From assembly GCA_036278495.1 (NCBI GenBank), contig DASUKX010000013.1:3955-67954 (forward strand): a stretch of 64,000 bases of DNA, written 5' to 3'. Of the stretch, positions 9,303 to 19,530 are shown one piece after another. Made by a program: the position numbers and the translations under genes. Source of the stretch: Nitrosotalea sp. GTDB lineage: Archaea; Thermoproteota; Nitrososphaeria; Nitrososphaerales; Nitrosopumilaceae. The notes beneath the pieces are model-generated. The model was given only the letters and a program-made list of their open reading frames with translations, did not search any database and was not told where the DNA came from. Within the stretch, counting starts at the first letter, position 1. Every line of letters starts with the position of its first letter.

Positions 9303-11000
9303 ATGTCGATTCAGTCTTCTTCTGGCGGTATACCAGTTGTTATTCTAAAGGACGGCGCCCAACAAACCAAAGGTCGTGACGCCCAGAAAAACAATATCGC
9401 AGCAGCAAAACTGATTGCCGAAATCGTTCATTCCAGTCTTGGTCCACGCGGAATGGATAAAATGTTAGTTGATTCTCTAGGTGACGTTACAATTACAAAC
9501 GACGGTGCTACTATTCTAAAAGAAATTGATGTTCAACATCCAGCTGCAAAAATGCTAGTTGAAATTTCAAAAGCAACAGATAACGAGGTAGGCGATGGAA
9601 CAACATCAGCTGTGGTACTAGCAGGTGCATTATTGGAAAATGCCGAGTCTTTGATTTTGCAAGATGTACATCCTACAATTATTGTCGATGGTTATAGAAA
9701 AGCTGCTCAAAAGGCAGTAGAACTCTTAGAAAAGATTGCAGACAAGGTAACTGCAACTGACAAAGATGTACTTGAGAGAATTGCAAGAACATCAATGCAG
9801 ACAAAACTTGTCAGAAGAGATTCAGCAAACCTTGCTGACATGATTGTAAAATCTGTAATTGCAGTGGCTGAAAAGAAAGAAGACGGATATCTAGTTGACA
9901 TTGATGATATTAAAGTAGAAAAGAAAGCAGGTGGCTCTATCAAGGATTGCGCAATTATCAAGGGTATAGTTCTCGACAAAGAAGTTGTTCACAGTGGAAT
10001 GCCAAAGAAAATTGATAATGCAAAGATTGCTCTAGTCAACAACGCACTTGAGATTGACAAAACAGAGTTTGACGCAAAGATAAACATCACAAACCCGCAA
10101 CAAATGAAATCATTTCTTGATGAAGAACAAAGAATGATCAAAAATATGGTGGACAAGGTAATTGCTTCAGGTGCAAATATCCTATTTTGCCAGAAGGGAA
10201 TTGATGATATGGCACAACACTATCTTGCAAAAGCTGGAATACTTACAGTAAGAAGAATAAAAGAAAGTGACATGACAAAACTTGCAAAAGCAACAGGTGC
10301 AAGACTTATTAGTAATTTCGATGACTTGTTTGAAAAAGATCTTGGTTCTGCTCAACTAGTAGAAGAAAGAAAAGTAGAGACTGACAAATGGGTTTTTGTG
10401 GAAGGCTGCAAGCACCCCAAGGCAGTTACTCTTCTTTTACGAGGAGGTTCTCAAAGAGTAGTAGATGAAGTAGAAAGATCAGTTCATGATGCATTAATGG
10501 TTGTAAAGGATGTAATGGAAAAACCATTGATAGTGGCAGGTGGAGGTGCACCCGAAACTTATGCTGCAACAAAATTACGTGAATGGGCAAAAACACTTGA
10601 AGGCAGAGAACAACTTGCAGTAGAAAAATTTGCAGATTCTTTAGAAGTAATTCCAATCACACTTGCTGAGAATGCAGGAATGGATCCAATTGATACATTG
10701 GCATCATTGCGTTCAAAGCAACTCAAAGGAAACAAATGGACAGGTATTGATGTTATGGCTGGCCAAGTTGCTAGCATGCATGCTAGTGATATCTTTGAGC
10801 CACTCTCTGTCAAGATCCAAATAATCACGTGCGCAACAGAAGCAGCATCTATGATACTAAGAATCGATGATGTTATTGCCACTGCAAAATCCGCAGGACC
10901 ACCGCCAGGAGCTGAAGGCATGGGAGGTATGGGTGGAATGGGAGGAATGCCTGGAATGGGTGGCATGGGTGGAATGGGCATGCCTGGCATGGATATGTAA
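9303..11000 (+). CDS. Thermosome (group II chaperonin) subunit
   Basis: [24 protein letters not shown] motifs; GGM-rich tail. Confidence 0.97.
   Translation: MSIQSSSGGIPVVILKDGAQQTKGRDAQKNNIAAAKLIAEIVHSSLGPRGMDKMLVDSLGDVTITNDGATILKEIDVQHPAAKMLVEISKATDNEVGDGTTSAVVLAGALLENAESLILQDVHPTIIVDGYRKAAQKAVELLEKIADKVTATDKDVLERIARTSMQTKLVRRDSANLADMIVKSVIAVAEKKEDGYLVDIDDIKVEKKAGGSIKDCAIIKGIVLDKEVVHSGMPKKIDNAKIALVNNALEIDKTEFDAKINITNPQQMKSFLDEEQRMIKNMVDKVIASGANILFCQKGIDDMAQHYLAKAGILTVRRIKESDMTKLAKATGARLISNFDDLFEKDLGSAQLVEERKVETDKWVFVEGCKHPKAVTLLLRGGSQRVVDEVERSVHDALMVVKDVMEKPLIVAGGGAPETYAATKLREWAKTLEGREQLAVEKFADSLEVIPITLAENAGMDPIDTLASLRSKQLKGNKWTGIDVMAGQVASMHASDIFEPLSVKIQIITCATEAASMILRIDDVIATAKSAGPPPGAEGMGGMGGMGGMPGMGGMGGMGMPGMDM
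10914..10997 (+). repeat. Gly-Gly-Met coding repeat of chaperonin tail
   Basis: GGCATGGGAGGTATGGGTGGAATG... 9-nt periodicity encoding (GGM)n. Confidence 0.9.
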
Positions 11001-11032
11001 TAGACCAGTCCAATATTTCTCTCAAAGTTTAT

Positions 11033-11335
11033 TTGACTATTCTAGATAGAAACTCTATGCAAATAGGCGGAACCAAAATTCTAGCTAGCGCAAAATACAT
11101 CTATCTTGTAGCATTCTTTGCATTACTTTCGGGAATGTTCTATCCTGTAATTACTCACAGTAGTTGGGATCCAGTAATTTCTGGAACACTAATTCTCTTT
11201 GTTGGTCTTGCAGGAACTGTTTCCATATACAAGGCTGCCACTGCTGAAAAGCACAAAAAGGCTTATCTGATTATTGGCCTGGCAGTTACTTCACTTGCAT
11301 TGTTCCTTGTGTACGGTGCAATAGGAAGAATCTAG
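11033..11335 (+). CDS. Small membrane protein (3 TM)
   Basis: Three hydrophobic segments; likely start at MQIGG. Confidence 0.75.
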   Translation: MTILDRNSMQIGGTKILASAKYIYLVAFFALLSGMFYPVITHSSWDPVISGTLILFVGLAGTVSIYKAATAEKHKKAYLIIGLAVTSLALFLVYGAIGRI

Positions 11336-11389
11336 ATTCTTAGATTTTTCAAGAATTGTAATGCCGTAGATTTTATGCTTTGAGTATGT

Positions 11390-12850
11390 CTAGATATCAA
11401 AGTAAAGATAGAATTCGTGTGGATGAGGTCTTATTGAAATCTCATGATCGTCTGTCCTTTCTATCTCAATTATTCTGTCAATGGTTTCATTTGAAAAGAT
11501 TGGTGCAAGGAATTTCCTATCATTTTCCAATTCATCTAATGCCTCTCCCAAAGTTGCAGGTAGGTCCTTGATTCCTTTTGCAGCTCTCTGAGCTTTTGTC
11601 ATCTTGTAAATATCCTCATAAACTGGGTCGCCAGGATCCATCTTCTTTTTGATTCCGTCTAGTCCTGCTGCTTGCACAGCTGCGAACACTAGGTATGGGT
11701 TTGATGATGGATCAGGTGCTCTGAATTCAATTCTTTTAATCTTGGAATATTTTTCTCCCTTAAAGTGAGATGGAATTCTAATTATTGCTGATCTGTTACT
11801 TGGGCTCCATGCAATATACACTGGTGCCTCATAGCCTGGAACTAGTCTATGATAAGAGTTTGTGGTTGGTGCAACTATTGCAGACAATGCTCTTGCATGA
11901 TTCATGATTCCTCCACAATAGTATCTTGCAATTTGACTAACCTCTTCTTTGTCATCTTTATCATAAAATATGTTCTTGTCATCTTTCCACAAGCTGACGT
12001 TTGTGTGCATTCCAGAACCTGCATCCATTGAAATTGGTTTTGGCATCATGGTTGCAACTTTGTCGTATTTTTTGGCAATGTTTCTTATGACATACTTGTA
12101 TGTCTGTGCTCCATCTGCAGCATTTGTCAAATTGTCATATCGTATATCAATTTCACATTGTCCTGCGGTAGCTACTTCATGGTGATGATTGTCACACAAA
12201 ATTCCAAAATATTCATTCAAACATTCTACACAATCATTTCTAAATTCTGTTAGTGTATCTGCTGGTGTGCTTGGGTAGTATCCTTTCTTTAATGCCATTG
12301 GATAGCCCTTGCCCTCTTGGTTCCATGGTGCCTCCTTGGATTCTATCGAGTATGACTGTCCCTTGTATGGAGTAAGTACATCCCATGTAATTTTGTCAAA
12401 TACAAAGAATTCCACCTCTGGACCCCAATAGCTATTGTCAAATCCCTGGGTTTTTAGATACTTTTCTGCCTTTTGTGCAATACCTCTTGGGTCTGACTCT
12501 AACCTGCCTTTGTCTTTACCCCAATAAACATCACAAATCAATCTAGCAGTCTTTGCATTTCCCATCCAAGGGATTATTGCAAAAGTGCTAGGGTCTGGTT
12601 TTAAGACCATGTCCGAATCTTCTATTGATGCAAATCCCACAATTGAGGAACCATCAAGTTTTGGCAGACCATCTTGCATTTGTTGTGGAGTAAACAGATT
12701 TGCAGAGATTGTTGTGTGATGGAACCTTCCTCTAAGGCCTGTAAATTGTAAATCGATAAATTTTATCTGATCGTGCTTTATTTTTGAGAAAACATCTTCA
12801 GCAGAATAGGAAACGGGTACTGGTTCTCCACCAATCACTTTATATGGCAA
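11390..12850 (-). CDS. glnA: Glutamine synthetase type I
   Basis: DGSSI, GPEVEFF, HHEVATAGQCEI, GSGMHTN, IEFRAPDP; TTG start at 12850 chosen (ORF open from 12874). Confidence 0.96.
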   Translation of the reverse strand: MPYKVIGGEPVPVSYSAEDVFSKIKHDQIKFIDLQFTGLRGRFHHTTISANLFTPQQMQDGLPKLDGSSIVGFASIEDSDMVLKPDPSTFAIIPWMGNAKTARLICDVYWGKDKGRLESDPRGIAQKAEKYLKTQGFDNSYWGPEVEFFVFDKITWDVLTPYKGQSYSIESKEAPWNQEGKGYPMALKKGYYPSTPADTLTEFRNDCVECLNEYFGILCDNHHHEVATAGQCEIDIRYDNLTNAADGAQTYKYVIRNIAKKYDKVATMMPKPISMDAGSGMHTNVSLWKDDKNIFYDKDDKEEVSQIARYYCGGIMNHARALSAIVAPTTNSYHRLVPGYEAPVYIAWSPSNRSAIIRIPSHFKGEKYSKIKRIEFRAPDPSSNPYLVFAAVQAAGLDGIKKKMDPGDPVYEDIYKMTKAQRAAKGIKDLPATLGEALDELENDRKFLAPIFSNETIDRIIEIERTDDHEISIRPHPHEFYLYFDI

Positions 12851-12894
12851 TTTTGCACCTTGATCATAACACAAAGGGGTCTATGATTTAAGTA

Positions 12895-13467
12895 TTGTTG
12901 GATATGGAAATGTCAGAAACAAAAAAAATTGATGTAAATTCATTGTATGCCATTCTTCTTCGCGAAGTAGAAAACGATACGGTTCAAGAGGTAGACCCTA
13001 ACTTGTATCATAACATTGCAGAATTTCTTGGCAACATAAAGAATCATGATTATGATGGAGTAGAATCAAAGATTACTGAATCACTAGTAAAAATGATAAC
13101 AGAAATGACTTCAATTCTTTTGAAGATTAGAATTGAAAAGGCAACATCATTGGATGAAATTGATTATTCTAATCTACTTGATGAAGAGAGATTCATTTTG
13201 GATTCTGAAGATGAGCTGCGACAGAGAAAAGAAACTATACTTTCTGCAACACTCAATGGAAGACTAAAGCTTTTAGAGACTGTTGGAGAAAACCATCGAG
13301 CCAGATCAATAGCAGTACGATTTCTCAAGCCAATGGATCAGATAATGGGTACGGATCTTCAATCATATGGACCATTTGAGGCAGAAGATGTTGCTACACT
13401 GCCCTTTGAAAATGCACGGTCTTTGATTGGAAAGAAAATAGCAGTAAAGGTAAGCTGGGAAGACTAG
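12895..13467 (+). CDS. GINS complex subunit (A-then-B domain order, Gins51/Psf1-like)
   Basis: NLLDEER helical domain followed by VRFLKPM.QIMGTDLQSYGPFEAEDVATLP beta domain. Confidence 0.85.
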   Translation: MLDMEMSETKKIDVNSLYAILLREVENDTVQEVDPNLYHNIAEFLGNIKNHDYDGVESKITESLVKMITEMTSILLKIRIEKATSLDEIDYSNLLDEERFILDSEDELRQRKETILSATLNGRLKLLETVGENHRARSIAVRFLKPMDQIMGTDLQSYGPFEAEDVATLPFENARSLIGKKIAVKVSWED

Positions 13468-13497
13468 AAATTAGACAGCCTATACAGTGAAGATTGT

Positions 13498-13770
13498 ATG
13501 CATAACGGAATAGATCTAGATGTCTACTTTGAAATCATACTGTATCCAGTTGCCGGATTATTTATCATAGAAATGATCTGTAGAACAGCCAAGATTGCAA
13601 ACTGGATAAAACTAATGACCCAGGCCGTAATGTGTGTGGGATTTGGAATAGCCTATCTTACAATGCAGGTTGCTCATTGGCTCACAGCTGGTGTATTGCT
13701 TGCATTGGCATTTGCTCTGTTTTACCAAGCAAAGCGTTCAAAACTTGATCCACAAAAAGCCCTGTACTAA
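13498..13770 (+). CDS. Small membrane protein
   Basis: 90 aa, three hydrophobic helices. Confidence 0.7.
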   Translation: MHNGIDLDVYFEIILYPVAGLFIIEMICRTAKIANWIKLMTQAVMCVGFGIAYLTMQVAHWLTAGVLLALAFALFYQAKRSKLDPQKALY

Positions 13771-13991
13771 CCAAACTTTCCAAAAATTCTCTTGATGAAA
13801 CTTTGCCTACCTATTCCTTTTGTTCTTTGGATCTTTTTTTCTCCAAATTTCTTTGCTCTTATTTGGAATAGCTTGACACATCTATGCGATTCAGGTAACC
13901 TATGTTCTGCGCAAAACTTGTCATTGCAATAATTGCACTCAAAAGGTAAGTCTTGCGTTTCTCCACAATATGCACAGTCAAATTGTTCCAT
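13767..13991 (-). CDS. AN1-type zinc finger protein
   Basis: CxxC...PFxCxxC...FCxxHRLPExHxC. Confidence 0.9.
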   Translation of the reverse strand: MEQFDCAYCGETQDLPFECNYCNDKFCAEHRLPESHRCVKLFQIRAKKFGEKKIQRTKGIGRQSFIKRIFGKFG

Positions 13992-14100
13992 AATTTGTAA
14001 TCAGACGAGATCCTAAATTAGTGTTAGTGAACAAATGTACTTTTCATTAATTAACAAAACTTATTTACGAAGGACAGTGTGATGAAAAATAGTTTTCAGT

Positions 14101-14841
14101 ATGATAAAAGGTCAAGTAGCTGTAGTCACAGGCGCTAGTAGCGGAATAGGATATGCAACTGCCATGGCAATAGCAAAAGCTGGTGCAAAGGTTGCAGTTG
14201 GTGCAAGAAGAGTTGACAAATTAGAACAACTCAAAAAAGATATTGAAAAAATTGGCGGAGAATGTATTACGGTATCATGTGATGTAACAAAACGCAGTGA
14301 TTGTGAAAATTTAATCAATGCTGCAATAAAAAAATGGAATAAAATCGACATGCTTGTAAATAATGCAGGTCTGATGCCCCTGAGCTTTGTCAAGAATCTC
14401 AAAATAGATGAATGGGAACAAATGATTGACGTAAACATCAAAGGTGTGATGTACTGCACTGCAGCCGCAATTCCTCATATGATTCAACAAAAATCTGGTC
14501 ATATCGTAAATATTTCATCAATTGCAGGTAGGGTAGTCTTTCCTGCAGGTAGTGTTTATTGTGCAACCAAGTTTGCAGTATGGGCTTTTAGCGAAGGACT
14601 CAGACAGGAATTATCTGTTAGAAACAATATCCGAGTTACAACAATAGAGCCTGGAATCGTGGATACCGAGCTTACCAATACCATTACTGACAAATCTCTT
14701 GAAGCATTTGTAACGCATTCAAAAACAATCCAGTCTCTGAAGGCAGAAGATATTGCAAACTCGATACTTTTTGCACTTGAATCTCCACCTCACATGAATG
14801 TAAACGAAATTACAATCAGACCAACTACACAAGAAAAATAA
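14101..14841 (+). CDS. Short-chain dehydrogenase/reductase (YdfG-like)
   Basis: TGASSGIG, NNAG, YCATK. Confidence 0.93.
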   Translation: MIKGQVAVVTGASSGIGYATAMAIAKAGAKVAVGARRVDKLEQLKKDIEKIGGECITVSCDVTKRSDCENLINAAIKKWNKIDMLVNNAGLMPLSFVKNLKIDEWEQMIDVNIKGVMYCTAAAIPHMIQQKSGHIVNISSIAGRVVFPAGSVYCATKFAVWAFSEGLRQELSVRNNIRVTTIEPGIVDTELTNTITDKSLEAFVTHSKTIQSLKAEDIANSILFALESPPHMNVNEITIRPTTQEK

Positions 14842-14853
14842 TGTTTCTCTGAT

Positions 14854-15996
14854 ATGAGACCAACAAACATTGTAATTTTAGGAGGAGGTTTTGGAGGCCT
14901 TGCTGCTGCAAATGAACTCAGGGAAAATCTTACACAGGATACGCGAATCACAATAATTGATAAAAAAGACTGGTTCATGATGGACCTAGTTAAACTCTGG
15001 ATAATCAACGGAACAAGAGAGTTTGAACTTTCTAAAAGAAACTTGGAAAATGTTGCCAAAAAGGGTATTGAATTTGTAAATGAAGATGTGTTAAAAATAG
15101 ATCCTGTAAACAAATCAGTTAGAACAAAGTATAGACAATTTCATTATGATTATCTGATAATAGCACTGGGAGTAGAGCTTGCACCAGATCAAATTCCAGG
15201 TTTGAAGGAGAATGGCTTTATTCTTTATGACATCAACGATGTTCCAAAAATTAGAGACACGCTAAGACAGATGAAATCAGGCAAAATTGTAATGGCAATT
15301 ACTGGTCTTCCATACAAATGCCCTCCTGCCCCATTTGAGGCCGCACTTTTAATCCGATCTGTTCTTGAAGAAACAGGATCAAGTGATTCTATCCAAATAG
15401 ATTTCTACAGCCCAACTCCAATCACGCTTCCGGCAGGAGGTCCACAAGTAAGTGAAGAAATATTGCAGATCCTAAAATCAAAGAAAATAGAATTCCTGGG
15501 AAATCACAAAACTATTGCAGTTGAGCCAAATAAAATAAAATTTGAAAACGGGGAGGCAAGCTTTGACATTTTAATCTCTGTTCCTCCTCATAAGGTCCCG
15601 TCAGTTGTAATAGAGTCTGGTTTTGCCGAAAACGGAAAGTTTGTGGCAGTCGATAAAACTTGTAAAACAAAATATGATCGTGTATACGCAATAGGTGATG
15701 TCAACCAAATAATGGTAACAGACAAGATTGCCGTACCAAAAGCAGGAATTTTTGCAGAAGCAGAGGGAGTAACTGTTGCAAGAAACATCATTTCACAAAT
15801 AAAAAATGAACTAGAGACTGCAGCCTTTGACGGAAAGGGCGGATGTTTTCTTGAGACTGGCAAGGGAACTGCAGGATATATTCAAGTTGACATGTTTGCA
15901 ACTCCAGATCCTATAACACAACTAAAAACTACATCAACAGAACATTTTACAGAAAAAGAAAAATTTGAACAAGAAAGACTGAAAAAGTGGCTCTAG
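14854..15996 (+). CDS. FAD-dependent oxidoreductase, sulfide:quinone oxidoreductase/FccB-like
   Basis: GGGFGG, YKCPPAPFE, YAIGD, second Cys in GGCFLETG. Confidence 0.85.
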   Translation: MRPTNIVILGGGFGGLAAANELRENLTQDTRITIIDKKDWFMMDLVKLWIINGTREFELSKRNLENVAKKGIEFVNEDVLKIDPVNKSVRTKYRQFHYDYLIIALGVELAPDQIPGLKENGFILYDINDVPKIRDTLRQMKSGKIVMAITGLPYKCPPAPFEAALLIRSVLEETGSSDSIQIDFYSPTPITLPAGGPQVSEEILQILKSKKIEFLGNHKTIAVEPNKIKFENGEASFDILISVPPHKVPSVVIESGFAENGKFVAVDKTCKTKYDRVYAIGDVNQIMVTDKIAVPKAGIFAEAEGVTVARNIISQIKNELETAAFDGKGGCFLETGKGTAGYIQVDMFATPDPITQLKTTSTEHFTEKEKFEQERLKKWL

Positions 15997-16070
15997 ATTT
16001 CAAAACACAAATTTTTTGACATCAATTCAATCCTACAATTTAATAATTTCAACAATAGCCAGCACCTTGA

Positions 16071-16148
16071 GGGGCCGTAGTCTAGCTTGGTTATGATGCT
16101 AGCCTGGGGTGCTAGAGGTCGCCGGTTCAAGTCCGGCCGGCCCCACCA
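16071..16148 (+). tRNA. tRNA-Pro(GGG), intronless, CCA encoded
   Basis: Acceptor GGGGCCG/CGGCCCC-A-CCA; anticodon stem CTAGC/GCTAG around CTGGGGT; T-arm GCCGG-TTCAAGT-CCGGC. Confidence 0.97.
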
Positions 16149-16205
16149 TGTACAGGAAATAGTTAAGATTAGATTTTGTATAGATAAATCAAGACAACAA
16201 AATCT

Positions 16206-16604
16206 ATGAAAATATCATACTTGATAAATCCAGATTTGAAACCAAAAGAGGTATCCAAACTCTTTGTTAGTTCAGGGATACAAAGGCCTGCCAAAAATAT
16301 TGGTAGAATTAAACGCATGATTGAAAATGCAAATCTGATAATATGTGCAAGAGATGAAAAGAATCTAGTCGGAATACTACGCGCTGTAACTGATTTTAGT
16401 TATTGTTGCTATGTATCCGATTTAGCAGTTGATAAAAAATATCAACATCTTGGAATTGGAAAAAAACTACTCAAGACAGCACAAAAAACACTTGGAGATG
16501 AAGTAATGATACTTTTACTATCGGCACCAGAGGCAGACTCGTTTTATTCACATATTGGAATGGAAAATATACAAAACGCCTGGAAGATTGCACGAAAAAG
16601 ATAG
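16206..16604 (+). CDS. GNAT-family acetyltransferase
   Basis: VSDLAVDKKYQHLGIGKKLL acetyl-CoA binding motif. Confidence 0.92.
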   Translation: MKISYLINPDLKPKEVSKLFVSSGIQRPAKNIGRIKRMIENANLIICARDEKNLVGILRAVTDFSYCCYVSDLAVDKKYQHLGIGKKLLKTAQKTLGDEVMILLLSAPEADSFYSHIGMENIQNAWKIARKR

Positions 16605-16756
16605 AATCTTGTGATAGAATCTTGTGATATGATATAAAACCTATCTCATCTCTTCTCATGTCTCATGCAAAGCAAATTTTGTCATAATTTACAATCTACT
16701 TGCTAATGTCAAATTGTCAACCACCTTTTTTGTATAATTGTGATTGTAACAGGCCC

Positions 16757-17065
16757 ATGGGAAAACGAAAATTCACTATTGACCTTGGTAACGAGAAAAT
16801 TGAGGTAGAAGGACACATGCACAAGAATGTTGCAATCAAGTATCTCATGAAGAGGCGAAGATCCCTGCTTATGACAAGGGACAAAGAAAAGGTAGAAAAG
16901 CTCTTCGAAGACGTGCCAAAGACAATCTCAATAGTGGGTGGCCACCTGATCAAATCTTACAAAGTAAATTGGGAAAGAGAAGGAACAACTGAATTTGAGG
17001 GTTCCAGATTTGTCTTTACCTTGACTGATCTACCTGACAAATCAGTACATGCAATTACGAATTGA
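16757..17065 (+). CDS. Small basic hypothetical protein
   Basis: ORF from MGKRKFTIDLG; TATA-like TGTATAA ~25 nt upstream. Confidence 0.75.
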   Translation: MGKRKFTIDLGNEKIEVEGHMHKNVAIKYLMKRRRSLLMTRDKEKVEKLFEDVPKTISIVGGHLIKSYKVNWEREGTTEFEGSRFVFTLTDLPDKSVHAITN

Positions 17066-17103
17066 TTTCCCATATGTGCTTTTTTTAACTCAGAAAACTT
17101 TTC

Positions 17104-18810
17104 CTACGCAGTGGATTTCATACTTGATTCATAACTTGGAAATCCAAGTACATCTTGGTATGATTTTGGAATCATTGATTTTGATTGAAGCAAAAGATCA
17201 CTTGCAGCAGTATCAAGAACATACGTGACTGCCCAGTCCTCTTCACTCCTAATTGATCTACCAAAACCTTGCAGTAGCTTTGTCATAGTCTGTGATTTGT
17301 ACCACAAAGGAAACTTTTGCATCTTGTTCTTGGTTCTTTTTTCACTCAGGTTTGGATATGGAACCTTTGCTATTATCTGAAATCTTGACAAGTCATCTTT
17401 CAAGTCAACTCCTTCCCATAATGACGATGACAATAAGACACCATCTTCATCAAAAGAGTGTTCCTGCAATACCTCATCTTGAGTCATACCGTTCTCATTT
17501 CTACTGTGACATATTCTGATTCGCTGTCTATTTTTTTCAGAGAGATTATTTTTTATGTCTAAACATTTCTTCTCTGACGAAGTAAGTATCAGGCCTCGCT
17601 CTGTACCATGTTGTGACATTATATCATCAATTTTTTTTATGACCGCAAGTTCATCATCTCTACTTGAAGAATAACTTAGTTTTCTTGTATTAAGAAAATT
17701 AATTCTTCTCTTATCGGGAGGAAATGGAGATCTTGGAGTATCCACAAATCCCACTTTTGACGGATCAAGTCCTGCATTTTCACAAAAACTATCCTTATCT
17801 ATTGTTGCAGACATGAAAACTTGATTCTCAATGTCAAAAAAGGCCTTGACATATTTTGAAATGTCAAGTGGCTTGATAGAGACTGATCTGAAATTTCCTC
17901 TTTCATCTTTGAATGGATCATTTACCACAAAATTATTCTTGTTTGAATTTATTTCTACATAGGAATTTGACATCTTTTCATATCTTGATTCTAATTTTGC
18001 AAGCGTAGCATAATCTGGATTTAACATAAATGCTCTGCTTTCTTGCAAATCAAGTATCTGTTTTGCATATGATTTTGCCAAACCCTCAAGCAACTTTGCT
18101 ATTGTATCAATATCACCAAGATCATCAAACTTTTTTGCATCTATTCCACACTCTGTAAAGTATACATTGTAGATGTCTACACCTATGAACTGGATAATCT
18201 GGTCTTCTACCTTGTGTGCCTCATCAAAAATTGCTATTGGCTTTTTGACATATTCTTCATAGGCCTTTCTGTTGAACCTCATTAATTGAAAATATGCAGC
18301 ATAATTCCAGATGGAGTGAGGCGAAGTTAGAGCACGATATTTTTGTTCATAATAATGACACAGTTCCTTGGTAATGTCTTGAGGTTCTCCCAGTTTTGGT
18401 TTAAACTGGCAAATCTCCTTGACTTTCTTTCCGTCCTTCATTGTTATCTCTTCACAGAGACCTTTCTCACAAGTAAGGCCCTTCTGGACTGCACTTCTAG
18501 TATCTGATTTTTCAATTGATTCCTGTTCCATCAGTTTAAGACACGCAAAATTTGATTTTCCCTTTACTGGCATGAGAAATTTCAAGTCTTTGGAATATTG
18601 ATCCTGTAATTGTTTGGATGCAGTAACTACAAAAGAGCTACCAAAATATCTTGCAAGAGTTGCAGCAATCAGAGATTTTCCAACTCCTGTTGGTGCAGAC
18701 AAGATAATTGTCTTGTATCCTGATTTGATCTTTTCCTCTATTCCTTTCAAGATCTCTTTTTGTATTTCTCTTGGTTTGAATTCCTCTGGAAAGTGTTCAA
18801 GAATGCTCAT
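17104..18810 (-). CDS. DinG/Rad3/XPD-like SF2 helicase (Helicase_C_2)
   Basis: APTGVGKS, DEAH, MSAT, EGVD, QGFGRSIR; Cys-rich putative Fe-S region. Confidence 0.9.
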   Translation of the reverse strand: MSILEHFPEEFKPREIQKEILKGIEEKIKSGYKTIILSAPTGVGKSLIAATLARYFGSSFVVTASKQLQDQYSKDLKFLMPVKGKSNFACLKLMEQESIEKSDTRSAVQKGLTCEKGLCEEITMKDGKKVKEICQFKPKLGEPQDITKELCHYYEQKYRALTSPHSIWNYAAYFQLMRFNRKAYEEYVKKPIAIFDEAHKVEDQIIQFIGVDIYNVYFTECGIDAKKFDDLGDIDTIAKLLEGLAKSYAKQILDLQESRAFMLNPDYATLAKLESRYEKMSNSYVEINSNKNNFVVNDPFKDERGNFRSVSIKPLDISKYVKAFFDIENQVFMSATIDKDSFCENAGLDPSKVGFVDTPRSPFPPDKRRINFLNTRKLSYSSSRDDELAVIKKIDDIMSQHGTERGLILTSSEKKCLDIKNNLSEKNRQRIRICHSRNENGMTQDEVLQEHSFDEDGVLLSSSLWEGVDLKDDLSRFQIIAKVPYPNLSEKRTKNKMQKFPLWYKSQTMTKLLQGFGRSIRSEEDWAVTYVLDTAASDLLLQSKSMIPKSYQDVLGFPSYESSMKSTA

Positions 18811-18922
18811 GATAATTCAGATATAATAAAACATTCAAAGAACATTACTTAATCGCTTGTTTTGATATGTTACAATTTTAATTGTGTAGTCATGTTCTAT
18901 ATTTCTCGTACAAATAGCTAAC

Positions 18923-19528
18923 TCAAATCTTGTTGAACTGTCTCAAACTCTTCCAAAGATACCATGTTGCTACAGTTCTGTGCGGCTTCCATTTTTGACC
19001 AAGTTTTTCAGCCTCTTTTGGTTTTGGCATTTCAGGTAATGAAAATAACATCTGGACACCTTTTCTCAAAGCAAGATCACCTACAGGAAAAATATCTTGT
19101 CTTCCAAGAGAAAAAATAAGAAACATCTCTGCAGTCCATCTCCCTATTCCCTTTACCTGGGTTAGATGTTCTATCACATCTTCGTCACTCATCTTTGAAA
19201 TTGTCTTCATGTTCAATTTTCCTTCGTTGACATGTCTTGCCAAATCTTTTAGGTACTCTATCTTCATGCTAGATAGCCCAACTGCACGAAGTTTGGATTT
19301 TCTTGTAGCAAGAATCTCAGAGGCAGTAGGAAATTTTGGATACAGGCCCTTGAATCTCTTGAAAATTGCATCTGCCGCACTGGTTGCAAGCTGCTGAGAG
19401 ATTATTGATTCTACAAGTACGGCAAAATGACCACTTCTCTTCTTTAGTTCATACTTGCCGACCAAATCTATGACGCCAGCCAGTGCTGGATCCTTTCTAA
19501 GAAATATTATTGCTTTATCTTGTGTCAT
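18923..19528 (-). CDS. alkA: 3-methyladenine DNA glycosylase, AlkA family
   Basis: SIISQQL, HhH VKGIGRWTAEM, FPVGD. Confidence 0.92.
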   Translation of the reverse strand: MTQDKAIIFLRKDPALAGVIDLVGKYELKKRSGHFAVLVESIISQQLATSAADAIFKRFKGLYPKFPTASEILATRKSKLRAVGLSSMKIEYLKDLARHVNEGKLNMKTISKMSDEDVIEHLTQVKGIGRWTAEMFLIFSLGRQDIFPVGDLALRKGVQMLFSLPEMPKPKEAEKLGQKWKPHRTVATWYLWKSLRQFNKI

Positions 19529-19530
19529 TT

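Noticed and set aside
10914-10997. Tandem 9-nt repeat considered as a CRISPR or VNTR
   Set aside because: Explained by the GGM tail of the chaperonin; no spacers
16071-16200. Integrated element at tRNA-Pro
   Set aside because: No integrase and no duplicated tRNA 3' end noticed in the window
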